Under the pieces are notes generated by a model that worked only from the letters and a program-made list of their open reading frames with translations, did no database searches and was not told the origin of the DNA. Source: a bacterium (GTDB lineage: Bacteria; Hinthialibacterota; Hinthialibacteria; Hinthialibacterales; Hinthialibacteraceae). Taken from it: a stretch of DNA of 64,000 nt. The stretch covers positions 1,189,080-1,253,079 of the forward strand of contig CAXXMV010000001.1 of NCBI GenBank assembly GCA_963662285.2. The letters are read 5' to 3'. Each line of letters begins with the position of its first letter. Positions within the stretch are counted from its first letter, which is position 1. The translations under genes were made by a program, and so were the position numbers. This document shows positions 63,512 to 64,000 of the stretch, piece after piece.

Positions 63512-64000
63512 TAGTTTTCTAGAAGAAGCCGAATTGGAAATGGATGATGCTCTAGAGTCAATCGGTAAGGAATTAGCTCAACTTCGTACTGGACGCGCTA
63601 CGCCCGCCCTGGTAGACGGGATTATCGTTGATGCATACGGCGCTAAAACTCCCTTAAAGCAGATGGCTAATATCAGCATCCCCGAAGCGCGTTTGATCGT
63701 TATTCAACCCCTGGGATAAAAGCGTCTTACCCGATATCGAAAAAGCCATCCAGAAATCCGAACTGGGCATCAATCCCAGCAGCGATGGAAAACTGATTCG
63801 TCTCGCTGTTCCGCCTTTGACTGAGGAACGCCGTAAAGATTTGGTTAAAATGGCCAAGAAAATCGGTGAAGAAGGAAAAGTCCGCATTCGCCTTCTGCGG
63901 CGCGATAGCATCGAATCGCTCAAAACCGCCGTGAAGAAAGAGGGCTTGCCTGAAGATGAATCCAAAAAACTTCAGGATGACGTGCAGAAACTGACCGATA
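63504..64000 (+). CDS. frr: Ribosome recycling factor, with a +1 frameshift at 63708-63711 and 3'-truncated by the window edge
   Basis: RTGRA...YG..TPL.Q.A in frame 0; WDK...IEKAI..S.LG.NP...PPLTEERRK continues in the shifted frame after CCCC. Confidence 0.95.

Noticed and set aside
61892-63965. Antisense ORFs over rpsB/tsf/pyrH/frr and similar shadow ORFs elsewhere
   Set aside because: They lie opposite highly conserved genes and are explained by codon bias.

Overview
Bacterial chromosomal window with PVC-superphylum-like gene content (many large secreted carbohydrate-active or FAD proteins, an FGE-sulfatase domain, DUF1080); the taxonomy is an impression only. 1-27 kb: secreted glycan-processing proteins, class II DAHP synthase, msrB, an Edd-like dehydratase plus aldose epimerase, accD, and a tandem M14 peptidase pair whose first member lacks the catalytic residues. 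27-40 kb: a divergently transcribed MSHA-like type IVa pilus locus (pilins and an MshQ-like protein on the minus strand, assembly machinery on the plus strand) ending in a REC-PP2C-kinase/STAS partner-switch pair. 42-54.5 kb: a CDP-sugar, methylation and glycosyltransferase cluster with no flippase or polymerase. 54.6-64 kb: lytic transglycosylase, DUF58, PH-domain proteins, dprA and rpsB-tsf-pyrH-frr, with a +1 frameshift in frr as given. Intergenic DNA carries at least three families of short dispersed palindromic repeats, two sigma54-type promoters and a consensus sigma70 promoter with a perfect inverted repeat. No rRNA, tRNA, CRISPR array or transposase was recognised. All family assignments come from motif recognition by eye, not database searches.
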